A stretch of DNA of 35,005 bases. It comes from a virus (Duplodnaviria; Caudoviricetes). The stretch spans positions 1-35,005 of the IMG/VR virus record IMGVR_UViG_3300044676_000856. One strand, given 5' to 3'. The position numbers were made by a program, and so were the translations under genes. Numbering within the stretch: position 1 is the stretch's first letter; the number at the start of each line of letters is the position of its first letter. Positions 5,737 to 16,098 of this stretch are shown in pieces. Under the pieces are notes generated by a model. The model did no database searches. It was not told the DNA's origin and saw nothing but the letters and a program-made list of their open reading frames with translations.

Positions 5737-8310
5737 TGGCCCTCTGAGCCGCATAGCAAGCTCCCTGTCCTTGTCTGAGGGCAGAATAGTAGGAGACATC
5801 GCCGGATCTATCTTTCCCATTGCTGGAGCCGTTGATGGCTTCTGTGATAGCGGTTCAAATGCAGGCGAATCCATTCCAACATCTGGCACATACATGCTGT
5901 CTAGGATAGAAGGCTTTGGAGATGCCGGAGCCTTTGGGCCGGTCACTTCTTTGGCGCTCTCAATCATCCTTGCGCCTTGAACGCCTCGCTCTAATTGACC
6001 CGTCTCTGGGTTGACCTCATCAGGCTTGAAGCTTTCATCTGTTAGCTGATCAAAAACATCTGTAGCGCCGCGAGAAACCGCCTGCGTGACAAAATAAACG
6101 CCGGGCTTTACTGCATCTATTTGTGCCGCCAACTCTCCAGCCACCTTGGGATCTATTAGCGCCTCAATAAGCTTGTCCTCGTAGGCCTCTCTTTGAAAGC
6201 CAAGGGTAGCTGACATGGTGTCATCAAAGCCACGAATTGCGATTCTCTGGGGAATCTCCACGACAGCCCTGAGCGCATTGGCCGCAATTCGACCACCGCC
6301 GGTAACGTCTTTCTCTAAGAAGTTTCTGAGCGCCAACAACGGCTGTGTTGGTGATCCACCCTGCGTAGCAATGTAACTTGTTGCCTGCATCATCTCGACG
6401 AGATCAACAAAATTCTTTAACTCTTGCGGATCCATCATAGCCTCAAAGACCTTTGCCTTTGTGCCTCTGGCCTTAGCTCCACCGCGACCCATCATTACCT
6501 TTCCGCGAATCCCGAGCCTCGACAAAAATTTATTCTGAACACCTAGAGGGTTGATGCTTGATGTAATTGCATCGTCAAACTGTGTGCGTAACCATGTGCC
6601 TTTGATGTTCTGCCAAACCTGCGGGTCTTGGGTCTGGATAAGTCGTCTAAGATCTCTAATATCTTTAGGTTTGGCTGTACCGTTGAACAACCTCTTGGTT
6701 ATCCTCGCCGCAGCCTCTCCGCCTAACTCAGCCGCCTCAGCAAAGCTCCTGACAACGCCACGCTCTAAAGCCTGAAGGTGACCCTTTGAGGGATCATAGA
6801 TTGCAGCAGCTCTAGCATATTCTGGGTTGGCAACCTTTAATCGCTCAGAAACCTGCGCCCTGATTTGGCTAACCTCTCGCTTTAACCCTCTCTGCCCATC
6901 TTTAGTAAGACCCTCGATAAGCGGCCTGAAATCGTTGGTTAGGGCGTTATGTAGCATCTCAGTGTTATCTTTTAGCCCCATCTCGGCTCGATTAGATCCC
7001 CTGATGGGCACTTTGTTAGGAGAAAATCCAGTGAAGTCGCTAAGCGCATCAACCATTGCCTGCTTAATGCGTCTAGCTTCGCCTCTTAGATTTGCGTCTC
7101 CCAGCTCAGCCTCAAGCTTTGTCACAATGTCAGAAACGTCAATGGGTATGTCCAGCTCAAAGGCGTTCTTGTACACCGCGCCAGCTCTTTCTTGACGCTT
7201 GGTCGCAAGCTTTTTTAATACCTCGTCAGCAGCCTTAGCTAAATCTGACTCTGGGTCTAAAGCCGTCCTTCCCGAAAGCCGAGCTTGCTTCAGATCTTGC
7301 AGGTATTTGCCCCGAAGGATCTCGTCAAAAAAAACGTCAGCGGCTTCCTCGACCTGCATTTGTCGGTTGTGGTAAAAGTCCCAGAGCTTTTGTGAGCCGG
7401 GCTGCATCTGTAGGTAACGCTGAATCTGGCCAGCGTTTGACATTATTCCTTGAGCCTCTGCTCTTGTAAGGTCTACATTGAACTTCTCTTTCGCAAACGC
7501 GATCTTTTCGTCAACAGTCTTTCCACCGTCTGTCAAAATAGTCTGCAAGGCGGTTCTACCATCCCCACCGGGAAATTTCTTTGATGTGGTTCTAAACGCA
7601 TTACCAGCAAGCTGAGCGGCCTTCGTTCCGAACGGTAACGCGCCAAAAGCCGCGCTTACCATCAGGTCATCTTTTAGCTGAGAGACTTTCAAGGGAGGCC
7701 CGTCAAACATGGCAGATATCCCCGCCCTGCCTGCATAAGCCGCGCCGCCACTTGCTGCGGTGCCCGTGCTTCCACCTCCCATAGCGCCAGCAATAGCGCC
7801 AATAGGATTTCCTGTGGTTGCTGCACCTAAAAATGCGCCGCCCACTAAACCTACCGTGCCACCACCAAGTTCAGCTAAAAATTGCGCTGTCGGCCCTGCC
7901 CATCTGGCTGAGTCAACCAGCAGGCTATCCCTGAACTCCTTTACTGGCTCGTTGGTGTATGGGTCTATGTATGCGATATCGCCTTCTTCATCTAAGAAGT
8001 AAAAGTCAACGGGGTCGATGCCCCTTTCAACTAGCTCTGGGAACCTTTGCTGAGCAAGCCAAGCTGTCTGGTAACCTTGGTCGTTCGACATGCCCTGAAG
8101 CAACGCCATCCCGACACCAGATTTGTTTTCTTCTCTCTCTAAAAGAGCTTGTTCTCTAGGGGAAGGTGCAACGAGCTGAGACGTTTGAGCCAGCATGTTG
8201 TTTCTGTGTAGCTGAACAAATTCAGGAGTGTTTGCCAAATCCTCTTCCGTAACGCCTTCTTCAACTTCGTAAACAATCCCGTCATTGTTGTAGTTAATCT
8301 TTACAGGCAT
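5710..8310 (-). CDS. Large internal virion / DNA ejection protein
   Basis: 866 aa, last gene of late operon; Gly/Ala-rich hydrophobic hairpin near aa 150-200 followed by long helical region, as in podovirus injection proteins; ends GGIASLA. Confidence 0.65.
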   Translation of the reverse strand: MPVKINYNNDGIVYEVEEGVTEEDLANTPEFVQLHRNNMLAQTSQLVAPSPREQALLEREENKSGVGMALLQGMSNDQGYQTAWLAQQRFPELVERGIDPVDFYFLDEEGDIAYIDPYTNEPVKEFRDSLLVDSARWAGPTAQFLAELGGGTVGLVGGAFLGAATTGNPIGAIAGAMGGGSTGTAASGGAAYAGRAGISAMFDGPPLKVSQLKDDLMVSAAFGALPFGTKAAQLAGNAFRTTSKKFPGGDGRTALQTILTDGGKTVDEKIAFAKEKFNVDLTRAEAQGIMSNAGQIQRYLQMQPGSQKLWDFYHNRQMQVEEAADVFFDEILRGKYLQDLKQARLSGRTALDPESDLAKAADEVLKKLATKRQERAGAVYKNAFELDIPIDVSDIVTKLEAELGDANLRGEARRIKQAMVDALSDFTGFSPNKVPIRGSNRAEMGLKDNTEMLHNALTNDFRPLIEGLTKDGQRGLKREVSQIRAQVSERLKVANPEYARAAAIYDPSKGHLQALERGVVRSFAEAAELGGEAAARITKRLFNGTAKPKDIRDLRRLIQTQDPQVWQNIKGTWLRTQFDDAITSSINPLGVQNKFLSRLGIRGKVMMGRGGAKARGTKAKVFEAMMDPQELKNFVDLVEMMQATSYIATQGGSPTQPLLALRNFLEKDVTGGGRIAANALRAVVEIPQRIAIRGFDDTMSATLGFQREAYEDKLIEALIDPKVAGELAAQIDAVKPGVYFVTQAVSRGATDVFDQLTDESFKPDEVNPETGQLERGVQGARMIESAKEVTGPKAPASPKPSILDSMYVPDVGMDSPAFEPLSQKPSTAPAMGKIDPAMSPTILPSDKDRELAMRLRGPLGGIASLA

Positions 8311-9702
8311 TTATTCCCCCGACTTCGGAACTTTTTGAATAGTAATACCAGATAGGTCAGTATTTACCGAGGGCGAAGTTTGCATATCAGCAAAGAAACT
8401 CTCCCTAAAGGCTTTTGCAGCTTCAGGCTCTTGTGATGCTAAAGCCTGCAATTCAGACCTTTCTTCCGCCGTCAAAAATTGGTTCTCAGACTTTTGCCGC
8501 CAAGAAAGTTCCCACCCTTGGGCCAGCCGAAGTTTATCCGAATCAGTTTCCGCATCCTTCAAAAGCCCTTCTGCAACGGCCTTATTGTAATCCTCAGCCT
8601 TCTTTATGTTTAAATTGGCGATCCTTTGCAAAAAAGCCGCCTGCTTCATTGCGCCGTTATAGGTGGAAGAAAGCGTTGGGGACGCGGCAAGAAACAGTCT
8701 CATCTCCATTTCTGTGATCGCGCCTTTAGTTTCGCCAATTAATCCCATTGCTATTCTGGTGCCCAAGGTCAGCGCGAGCTGTTGATTATCGAGACTTTCG
8801 TCCGGCCTAACACCAAGCTCGCTCAAAACCTGCCTAGCAGGTAGGGTGCCAGTCGCTATCCGCCCCCAACCTTCTGGGCCAAGTCTAGCGAGTTGCAACA
8901 TAAATTGATTTGTTAACTGGTTCTGAGAAACAGCAGTCGAGGCATCTTTAATCCATTTCTCTTCTAACTCGATTAAAGCCTCCCCGGCTTTTTTCTCTAA
9001 AGTCGAAGGAGGCATGACCCTGCTATCAACACTAACGGTAGAAGTCGGGAGTTTGATTTGCTTAGCGCCCGGAATCATCCTGATAGCTGCAACTTCAAGT
9101 TGATTGCTCGGGTTCACCTCTACAGTTTTTACCCCCCCGTCCTCTGTAGGCACTTCGTAAATTATTGGAGCATACGGCTTGTTAGCAAGCTTTATTCTTT
9201 CAAGCTCGATCTTGTTCAGATAATCTTTTGCAGCCTTTTCGTCAGTTATAGCCATCTGCATTGCCTGCAAGCCGACCTGTCGATCAAGCGCGATCCTGCT
9301 TTCTTTAGACTTCCGAAGCCGATCGTTGAAGTTAGAAAAGCCAACTCCCGCACTGCGGAACGCACCAGCCGTCGGGTCAGCAGAAAGCATTGCTGCGCCT
9401 ATATCGGAGGCCAAGTCATAAAAAGTTGGGCGCGTTGACTGAGAAAAATACGGCTTCAACCGCTCGGCATACTTTTTATAACTCTTGTCAAAATCAAAAG
9501 GCTCTGGGGTTTTTGGCTTCATGGCGGCAAGCATATTGTTAATTTGCGCTTGCATCGGATCAACGGTTGTTTCTGGAGCTTCTGGTTCAACCTCCAAAAC
9601 TTCGGTCTCTGAAACCACTTCGGGTGTCTTCGAGGGATCAATAATCCCGCCGTCAGCAAGCCGTTGGATCTGCTGCTCTAACTGCGCTCTTGATGTGGCC
9701 AT
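8311..9702 (-). CDS. Internal virion / ejection protein
   Basis: 463 aa helical; LADGGII motif; KGAITEMEMRLFLAASPTLS segment; position in ejection cluster. Confidence 0.6.
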   Translation of the reverse strand: MATSRAQLEQQIQRLADGGIIDPSKTPEVVSETEVLEVEPEAPETTVDPMQAQINNMLAAMKPKTPEPFDFDKSYKKYAERLKPYFSQSTRPTFYDLASDIGAAMLSADPTAGAFRSAGVGFSNFNDRLRKSKESRIALDRQVGLQAMQMAITDEKAAKDYLNKIELERIKLANKPYAPIIYEVPTEDGGVKTVEVNPSNQLEVAAIRMIPGAKQIKLPTSTVSVDSRVMPPSTLEKKAGEALIELEEKWIKDASTAVSQNQLTNQFMLQLARLGPEGWGRIATGTLPARQVLSELGVRPDESLDNQQLALTLGTRIAMGLIGETKGAITEMEMRLFLAASPTLSSTYNGAMKQAAFLQRIANLNIKKAEDYNKAVAEGLLKDAETDSDKLRLAQGWELSWRQKSENQFLTAEERSELQALASQEPEAAKAFRESFFADMQTSPSVNTDLSGITIQKVPKSGE

Positions 9703-11778
9703 TTATCGACTCCCAGAAAGCTGGTTAGACGGGTTGTAGTAATTACCCAGCGCCCCAATCGTTGCAAGACCTGTTCCTATGCCTGCCTGCGTTGCAGACG
9801 GCGCAGGCCCAAAGTTGGTTTGGAACTGCGTCTGACCCGCTGGTGCCATCTGGACAAACGGCATCAGAGACTGGTACTGAGCCAGAGGTGCCTGCTGTGC
9901 TTGCAACAATCCAGCGCGTTGCGCGTCAAGCTGTTGCTGCCTGTTCTGCTGAGCCATGCCTCCGATGCCCTGCATTGCGGCGACATCCTGTGCGCCTGCC
10001 TGCTGAGCCTGACTGCCAAGTCCGCTCAGGAAGCCACCATAGCCCGTCTGAGCCTGACCAAGTGCCTGACCTCCAGCCGCTTGCTGCGCTCCGATTTGGC
10101 CGTACTGGCCAGCAAGAGTGCCTGCTACGTTCATTCCTGTCTGTCCTGCCGCCTGTCTTGCTGCCGCGCTCTGCTGACCGTAGCCAGACAATGTCTGACC
10201 TAAGCCGGTGCCAGCCGCGTATCGTTGCTGCGCCATCTGTCCTAGCTGGCCACCTAATTGCTGCTGAGCGCCCAACTGCGCTTGAGCGGTTTGCTGGAGT
10301 AGATTTCCATAGCCTTGTCCAGCCGCAAGTTTCTGCCCTGCCGCCTGTTGAGCCATGCCAGCGACCTGCTGGCCTGCGCCATACCTTTGCTGGGCACCTT
10401 GTCCCAACATGCTGGCTAAGCCTCTAGAAGCGGCCAGCTCGCTCGCTGCGCGTTGTTGTCTTGAGCCGGCAATGTTTTGCGCGGCCCCAAATCTTTGTTG
10501 AGAGGCCTGTTGCGCTCGATCTACTAATCCTCTTGCGCCACTCAGCTCTTGACCGGCCAATGATGCCAATCCAGAAGATGCAGCTCTCTGAGCCTGTCTT
10601 TGTCGCTCATCCTCTCCAATAGCCGTCTGCTGAGCCTGCTGGAAGCCGCGTGAGCGTAATTCTCCAACAGCCTTACCCAAACCCCTGCCCATTGCCTCGG
10701 CTCGCTCTTGGCCAGTTAGCCTAGCCCTAGAGCCAAAGGCCGACTGTCCGCCGGTCTGAATATCTCTAGCAAGCTGAGCAGTGTCTTGCTTAGCCAGTCC
10801 CTCTCTAGCATCTTCGATCATCTGCTGAACGACTTGATTCTCGTAGGGGTCTTGGTATTTAGCAGTAGCGCCTGCTACGTCAAAATCGCCAGTAGTCTGC
10901 CGTAACTGCCCCCGGGCTTCGCCTACATTTTCTCCAAAGCCACCAAGAAGCTCTCGCTCCGCGCCAACCTGTCTGTCAAGGTCTCGGCCTAATCGTGAGG
11001 CCGCGCCGGTCAAACCAAGCTCTGCTAATCCCAATCGTTGACGCTGAACGTCACCGGCCTGAGCGGCAATCTGTTCGCCGCGCTGCAAACCTCGGTCTAA
11101 TCCTTCTGCGCTGATCATTCCCATGCCAAGCGAATCGGTTATGTCGCGCCCGAACTCGTCATATGACCTTCTGCCCTGCTGTCGAGCACTGGCCAAGTCC
11201 ATGCCAAATCTTTGTGTATCCCTAATACCACGGCGAGAGAGGTCGCTTATATCTCCACGCAGACGCTCCTCTGCCGCAATGGCCCGTCCACGGCCCTCCT
11301 GAGTCCCTCTGAGCGACTCCATCAAACCTCGATCTCTTTGGTCGAGTGCGAAGCGAGAACCCTCCTGCTGGGCTTGTAAGGCCTGCTGTGAGGCTACGGC
11401 TTGATCTGCTAATCCTTGCTGAATGGAACCAATACCCTCTTGGCCTCTTCGCATAGCCTCATCGATAAATGGTTGTTGCACACCGACATTGGCTCTGGCC
11501 ATTTCCATAGCCCTGATCTGGTCTGGGCTGAAGCCTGCAATCTCCTGAGGTATGACAATCGGGCGACCCTCTTCATCGAAGAAGGTGCGCTCTGCCGCTC
11601 GGAACGCTCCCGGGATAAAGCCGCCCTGACCGTCCAAACCAAACAATAGCTGCTGAGTTATCGGATCTATGCGGGTCTCGGTCTTGGTTACGCCAGAGAC
11701 GTAAGGTTGTGTCGTAGCTGCTCCACCCTCTTCAAATCGACGGACGCGAGAAAGCTGTCCGGGGGTTAATATGCTCAT
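9703..11778 (-). CDS. Gln/Ala/Gly-rich internal virion (DNA transfer) protein
   Basis: 691 aa; IAGFSPDQ..A, Y.DPY...V, AFGSR, L...GFQQA motifs and C-terminal hydrophobic GIGTGLATIGALG typical of podovirus pilot proteins. Confidence 0.65.
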   Translation of the reverse strand: MSILTPGQLSRVRRFEEGGAATTQPYVSGVTKTETRIDPITQQLLFGLDGQGGFIPGAFRAAERTFFDEEGRPIVIPQEIAGFSPDQIRAMEMARANVGVQQPFIDEAMRRGQEGIGSIQQGLADQAVASQQALQAQQEGSRFALDQRDRGLMESLRGTQEGRGRAIAAEERLRGDISDLSRRGIRDTQRFGMDLASARQQGRRSYDEFGRDITDSLGMGMISAEGLDRGLQRGEQIAAQAGDVQRQRLGLAELGLTGAASRLGRDLDRQVGAERELLGGFGENVGEARGQLRQTTGDFDVAGATAKYQDPYENQVVQQMIEDAREGLAKQDTAQLARDIQTGGQSAFGSRARLTGQERAEAMGRGLGKAVGELRSRGFQQAQQTAIGEDERQRQAQRAASSGLASLAGQELSGARGLVDRAQQASQQRFGAAQNIAGSRQQRAASELAASRGLASMLGQGAQQRYGAGQQVAGMAQQAAGQKLAAGQGYGNLLQQTAQAQLGAQQQLGGQLGQMAQQRYAAGTGLGQTLSGYGQQSAAARQAAGQTGMNVAGTLAGQYGQIGAQQAAGGQALGQAQTGYGGFLSGLGSQAQQAGAQDVAAMQGIGGMAQQNRQQQLDAQRAGLLQAQQAPLAQYQSLMPFVQMAPAGQTQFQTNFGPAPSATQAGIGTGLATIGALGNYYNPSNQLSGSR

Positions 11779-13886
11779 GCTGCCCTCCCCCTCTTTGACT
11801 TGGGCTTATCTGCAAACTCTGCAAACAGATTCATCATCTCGTACATAAGTGCTGTGCCACCGTCACGGTTTTCACTGCCGTTGGGTGTCAGGGTAATAAT
11901 TCCACCATCCCCTTGCGCTAGGTCAAAAGCGCCAGCGCCTCTTACTGCCTGACCTGTCATGACGAACTCGCCATCTGACAGCATCGCAGGGACATCGTCG
12001 CTAGTCTCTGTGCCTTCGCCATTGATACCGCCGTTCATGCGCTCAAAATCTTCGGTAGACACCTTCCCACCCTTCTTGTAAGCCATTGGAACCATGCCGC
12101 CGTAGCGCATCTGCATCGGCATTACTTCGCCGCCGTAGCGCATTCCGGTTACAGGCTCTTCTGTCGGATTGTTTACCTCCATCTCATTTTGGCTTTCCCC
12201 AAAGCCATAAACCGAATCTTCTGGCCTTTTCCTGCCGCCGCTAAGCGGGGGTAAAGTGCCTGCTGGGAGTAAACCAAACTCGACAGGGTTGGGGGCAGGT
12301 TGTCCTGAGCGTCGAGCAATCTCGGCTTCAATGTTGTAACGCCCGGTAGACCCTTCCTGAGTAAGCGGTGTTAACGGTACACCCCTCATATTCTTGGTTT
12401 CATCATAAGCCAGCTTGCCAAGTCCACCCGCTGCGAGTAGAGGTAACAGGCTTCCAATTCCGCCACCGCCGCCAGCGCCCAAGCCTAGCATGCCGCCTAC
12501 GCCGCTCATAAACTGCTGAAGAATCCCCGGCTGCTGGGTTTCAAGCTGCTTTGCAATATCTTCTGGAGACACGCCCTCGTCTAACATTTTTTGAATGGAT
12601 TCCGCAGTGTTTTTGGGCGCTGCACTCACGAACTTATCCAAAGTCCTTCTAAAGAAGTCTTGGTTCTCTGCGCCGCCCGGATTAAAGCCACCATAAGTAG
12701 ACCCTTTCCCACCAAATATGCCGCCAGCAAGCGGGTTTTTTAAAGCGCCGCCGATTGTGGAAAGTGCCCCTCCTGACACGCCTTGGGAAATACCACCAGC
12801 TATCGGAGAAATTCCCGGTATACCTAGAGATCCAAGTCCGCCCAATGCAGTCTTGGCAAGACCTCCTAATTTGCTCAACCCGGGTATTGCGCCTGCCACG
12901 GTACTCAATCCGGGTATCGACGCAGCCAACCCGCCGATACCGCCGAGGGCCGCGCCGATTGCGGTTCCAACTCCCGGTATAAGCATTGCGATAGGGGCAA
13001 CAACCTTTGCAACCTTCTTCAGACTCTTAAAAGTTTTCTTGAACCAGCCGAACTCTTCCAAGCCAGTGATTGGGTTAAGGCTTGCGATGCCGCCGCCTAC
13101 CACGTACTGCTCTGGGTCTAGGTCTAGCTCTTTAAACTTAGCGCCAACCATGCTCTCGAACTGCTCGTCCTCGAAAGCCTCTGGAGGTAAAACCACCTCA
13201 CCAATTCTTAGGTGTGCAAGCTTGGTGTCTCCGCCGCGACCTTCTGCTGCAAGCATTGCCGCCTGCTCTGCCATCGGGGCTTGAGCCGCCGCCTGTAAGT
13301 TTTCGCCTACAGCCTGCAAAGATTTTTGTTCATCAGGGTCGTTGGTCGCCTGCTGCTCTTGCATGAGCATCATAATTGTCTGCTCTAGATCACCATTTGG
13401 TGATGACTCCATCATCATCATCTCTCCTTGATCGACTTCTCCGCCCTCAGCCATGCCGCGAAACTTTTTCATATCGGCTTCTGAGAACGAGCCTCTACCC
13501 ATACCGCCCATGCCGCGAGCCATCGCCATTTCTTTATCAGAAACCATACCGCCCCTCATGCCACCCTCTCCAACGATGCCTTGCAGCCGTTGCAATTCTT
13601 TGATGGCAGGTTTCTCTGGCAGGGACTCAAGAAACCTTGAGATGGCCCTAGTATCACTAACGCCGTTTGGCAGGGCGCTTTCCAGCTCCCAAGGCCAAAA
13701 GAACTGACCACCAATGTTCAAGTAGTCTCGGCCCTCGACCATATCTCCGTTTTGTGACTGAGGAATCACCGAGACCGAAGAAAAATCTTTCATCTCGGTG
13801 TCACTAGGCATTTCCGTGGTCATAAGATTCGGCATGTCCGCGCCGCCTAGAAGGCCTTTAATACGGTTTTGTAGCATTTCATCCAT
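11775..13886 (-). CDS. Internal virion / DNA transfer protein (P22 gp7-like position)
   Basis: GRGGDT.LAH...GE.V and INP.TGLEEF motifs, amphipathic FKKTFKSLKKVAKVVAPIA then Gly-rich hydrophobic tract, G.GT.TSDD.PAMLSDGEFV; follows tail hub. Confidence 0.6.
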   Translation of the reverse strand: MDEMLQNRIKGLLGGADMPNLMTTEMPSDTEMKDFSSVSVIPQSQNGDMVEGRDYLNIGGQFFWPWELESALPNGVSDTRAISRFLESLPEKPAIKELQRLQGIVGEGGMRGGMVSDKEMAMARGMGGMGRGSFSEADMKKFRGMAEGGEVDQGEMMMMESSPNGDLEQTIMMLMQEQQATNDPDEQKSLQAVGENLQAAAQAPMAEQAAMLAAEGRGGDTKLAHLRIGEVVLPPEAFEDEQFESMVGAKFKELDLDPEQYVVGGGIASLNPITGLEEFGWFKKTFKSLKKVAKVVAPIAMLIPGVGTAIGAALGGIGGLAASIPGLSTVAGAIPGLSKLGGLAKTALGGLGSLGIPGISPIAGGISQGVSGGALSTIGGALKNPLAGGIFGGKGSTYGGFNPGGAENQDFFRRTLDKFVSAAPKNTAESIQKMLDEGVSPEDIAKQLETQQPGILQQFMSGVGGMLGLGAGGGGGIGSLLPLLAAGGLGKLAYDETKNMRGVPLTPLTQEGSTGRYNIEAEIARRSGQPAPNPVEFGLLPAGTLPPLSGGRKRPEDSVYGFGESQNEMEVNNPTEEPVTGMRYGGEVMPMQMRYGGMVPMAYKKGGKVSTEDFERMNGGINGEGTETSDDVPAMLSDGEFVMTGQAVRGAGAFDLAQGDGGIITLTPNGSENRDGGTALMYEMMNLFAEFADKPKSKRGRAA

Positions 13887-14197
13887 TAGGGTGTACTCAC
13901 TGTTACATTCCCAACTGAAGCCGTAACCGACTGGCCTGATGGGTATGTTTGATGGCTATAGAGGTCTCTAAAACTATTACCGTCAAACGCTTGGTGGATT
14001 TGATTAGTAGTATTGAAGATTATACTGCCTGTTGCAAATTGAAGCTCGCTAATCTCATCAGCGTTAAAATGAGGCGAGATCGTAAAATCCACCGCCCCAA
14101 GGTTCAATTCTAGAATGCGAACCAAGCGATTAAAAGTTTCTGAGCTGACAGATTCCCCCAAAGAGAAGGGTAATCTTGTCTCAAGCAGCCTGCTCAT
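13886..14197 (-). CDS. Hypothetical tail-associated protein
   Basis: Translationally coupled between tail hub and ejection genes; GSIIFNTT motif. Confidence 0.6.
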   Translation of the reverse strand: MSRLLETRLPFSLGESVSSETFNRLVRILELNLGAVDFTISPHFNADEISELQFATGSIIFNTTNQIHQAFDGNSFRDLYSHQTYPSGQSVTASVGNVTVSTP

Positions 14198-16092
14198 GCA
14201 CGTCTGCCACTCGGTTGCATATCAATTCTTGTCGATCCAAGCCGCCACTTGTAGCCTTTTTGGTTGGCAGCATTATTATCATCATCACTTTCAAACCGAA
14301 ACGCTACCTGTCGCGCCCGGGTTCTTACATTGCTGAAGGTGCTTGTCGGGGTAACCTGACTGGTTGAGTCCGTCGTCAGGCTCTGCCCGGGATAGTCTCG
14401 ACTCTTCAGCACGATATTCATTGCGGGATTCACGCTTACGCCAGCCTGAGTGACAAACTTCATATCTGGGATGATATTCTTGACAAAGGTAAACGTATCG
14501 CCAGAGGAAATATCCAAGTCCGCACTTTCAATGTAGACATCGGTCATTGCGTCTTGGTTGTCATCAAAGCCAGTCTCATGCTCAAAGACACACTGCTGAG
14601 AGCTGCTAGTCGCCGTGGCAAGTGGAAGATCCTCGATACCCGCATCAAGCCATGCATAACGAATCAGCGAACCGATTGACCAATGATTCTCTTCGTAATT
14701 GTAGATCACGTAACGACTAATCTCGCCAGTACCGTCCGTAATGCTCGGGTAAAAAAACCAGATCTCGCTAAACTCAGTGTTCACACCCATATGGCACTTA
14801 AACGCTTGGTCTAGATCTAAATCTTCAAAGACGTACTCTTGCACAGTGCAGGGCAGGCGCTTGACCGAGCCGCTGTAAAAGTAAAAGCCCGTTTTACTGG
14901 CATAGAACACGCCGTTTGGTGCGTTGACAGCGGACTTCGGTGATAGCAAGCCAGAACCTTCATTAATTAAATTAATGGCAAAGGTCAGCGGTGGCCCAAT
15001 GAAATTCATGCTGTACAGGCTGGTATCAGTAAATATCAAGATCTCTTGGCGAGACTTGATGCCGCCAACGATGAAAGAGCCAGAAGATAATCGTAGAGAT
15101 CCTGCCGTGTTGGTTGCTGTTGGCTCAAAATCTAGGTCGTTCTCTTGGTCGGAGAACGCCACCAACATCGGATCAATCACGCCAGTTCTGCTGCTACCTG
15201 ATATTGGATCTGCGCCCAGAACCACTAAGTGACGGTCGGTTTCTGAGGTAATTACCTGCAAGCTCACGGTAGGCACCAAGTTAGCACCGCTAACCTGAGA
15301 AAGCTCTTGCGCCCTGATGCTGGTTCCGCTGTTCTCGACCCACCGATAGATTCCCGCGCCGCGAGGATTGATAATCAAGTTTTCACCGTAATTGTCGTGC
15401 GTCCAAAGCCGAAGCTGGTTTACCGAACTGATCGATGAAGCAGAGCCAAACCCACCCGCGCCCCAAGTACCAACGCCCCAGCCTGAAGACTTTACGAAGG
15501 TATCTAGGCCTACGTTAATTTGATAAGCGCCAACCACGCTAGAGCCACCGTTGCCGCTATCGGATGCGTTCGCGGTAACTGTTGCGCCAGAGGTGTCCTT
15601 GGCAGTGATCTCGTAAGCGTCAGGGCCAGTAACTAGAGATATCTGGTACTCTTGATTAAGAACCGTTGCAGTAACATTGCCGCCAAGAGATACCGCGCCA
15701 CTAAAGGTAACAAAGTCATCATTAACCGCACCGTGAGCGGTGTCGGTCACCGTGATTGTGGATGAGCCGTTAGTTGCGGAAAAGGTAACGTCGCCAGCGG
15801 ACGTTGTTGTTCTGATAGGGGTTATATCGTAGTAGCTGTTGCCCTCTTCGATATAATACTTCCACGTAGAACCAACACCGAGGTAGCGCACACCCCCAAG
15901 ACTAATCCAAGAGTGCAGCGCCCGACCTACGCCGAGGTAATAGTTGGTGCCAAGCTTTAGCCAGCCACCCACCTTCTCGACTCGGCCTTTTCTAAACCGA
16001 ATGAGGTTACCATCCACCCAGCCGCCTTTTGCTGAATAATCAGTACCTTCTTTGTCGATCCCGGGTTGAAAATCTAGTGTTTGTAGCGGCAT
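14194..16092 (-). CDS. Tail hub / packaged-DNA stabilization protein (P22 gp10-like)
   Basis: 632 aa beta-rich; FQPGI......Y...GGW.DG..IRF..G..EK.GGW, FSDQE......PTATNTAG..RL, FSEIWFFYPS, G.R C-terminus. Confidence 0.75.
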   Translation of the reverse strand: MPLQTLDFQPGIDKEGTDYSAKGGWVDGNLIRFRKGRVEKVGGWLKLGTNYYLGVGRALHSWISLGGVRYLGVGSTWKYYIEEGNSYYDITPIRTTTSAGDVTFSATNGSSTITVTDTAHGAVNDDFVTFSGAVSLGGNVTATVLNQEYQISLVTGPDAYEITAKDTSGATVTANASDSGNGGSSVVGAYQINVGLDTFVKSSGWGVGTWGAGGFGSASSISSVNQLRLWTHDNYGENLIINPRGAGIYRWVENSGTSIRAQELSQVSGANLVPTVSLQVITSETDRHLVVLGADPISGSSRTGVIDPMLVAFSDQENDLDFEPTATNTAGSLRLSSGSFIVGGIKSRQEILIFTDTSLYSMNFIGPPLTFAINLINEGSGLLSPKSAVNAPNGVFYASKTGFYFYSGSVKRLPCTVQEYVFEDLDLDQAFKCHMGVNTEFSEIWFFYPSITDGTGEISRYVIYNYEENHWSIGSLIRYAWLDAGIEDLPLATATSSSQQCVFEHETGFDDNQDAMTDVYIESADLDISSGDTFTFVKNIIPDMKFVTQAGVSVNPAMNIVLKSRDYPGQSLTTDSTSQVTPTSTFSNVRTRARQVAFRFESDDDNNAANQKGYKWRLGSTRIDMQPSGRRA

Positions 16093-16098
16093 GAGCCA

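Noticed and set aside
11900-12040. Tape-measure call from the G.GT.TSDD.PAMLS.GEFV motif
   Set aside because: The motif occurs in tape measures, but the gene context (P22-like portal and hub, no tail tube) indicates a podovirus internal protein
9762-13284. Long plus-strand ORFs (221 aa, 127 aa, 188 aa)
   Set aside because: Antisense shadows of Gly/Ala/Gln-rich minus-strand genes
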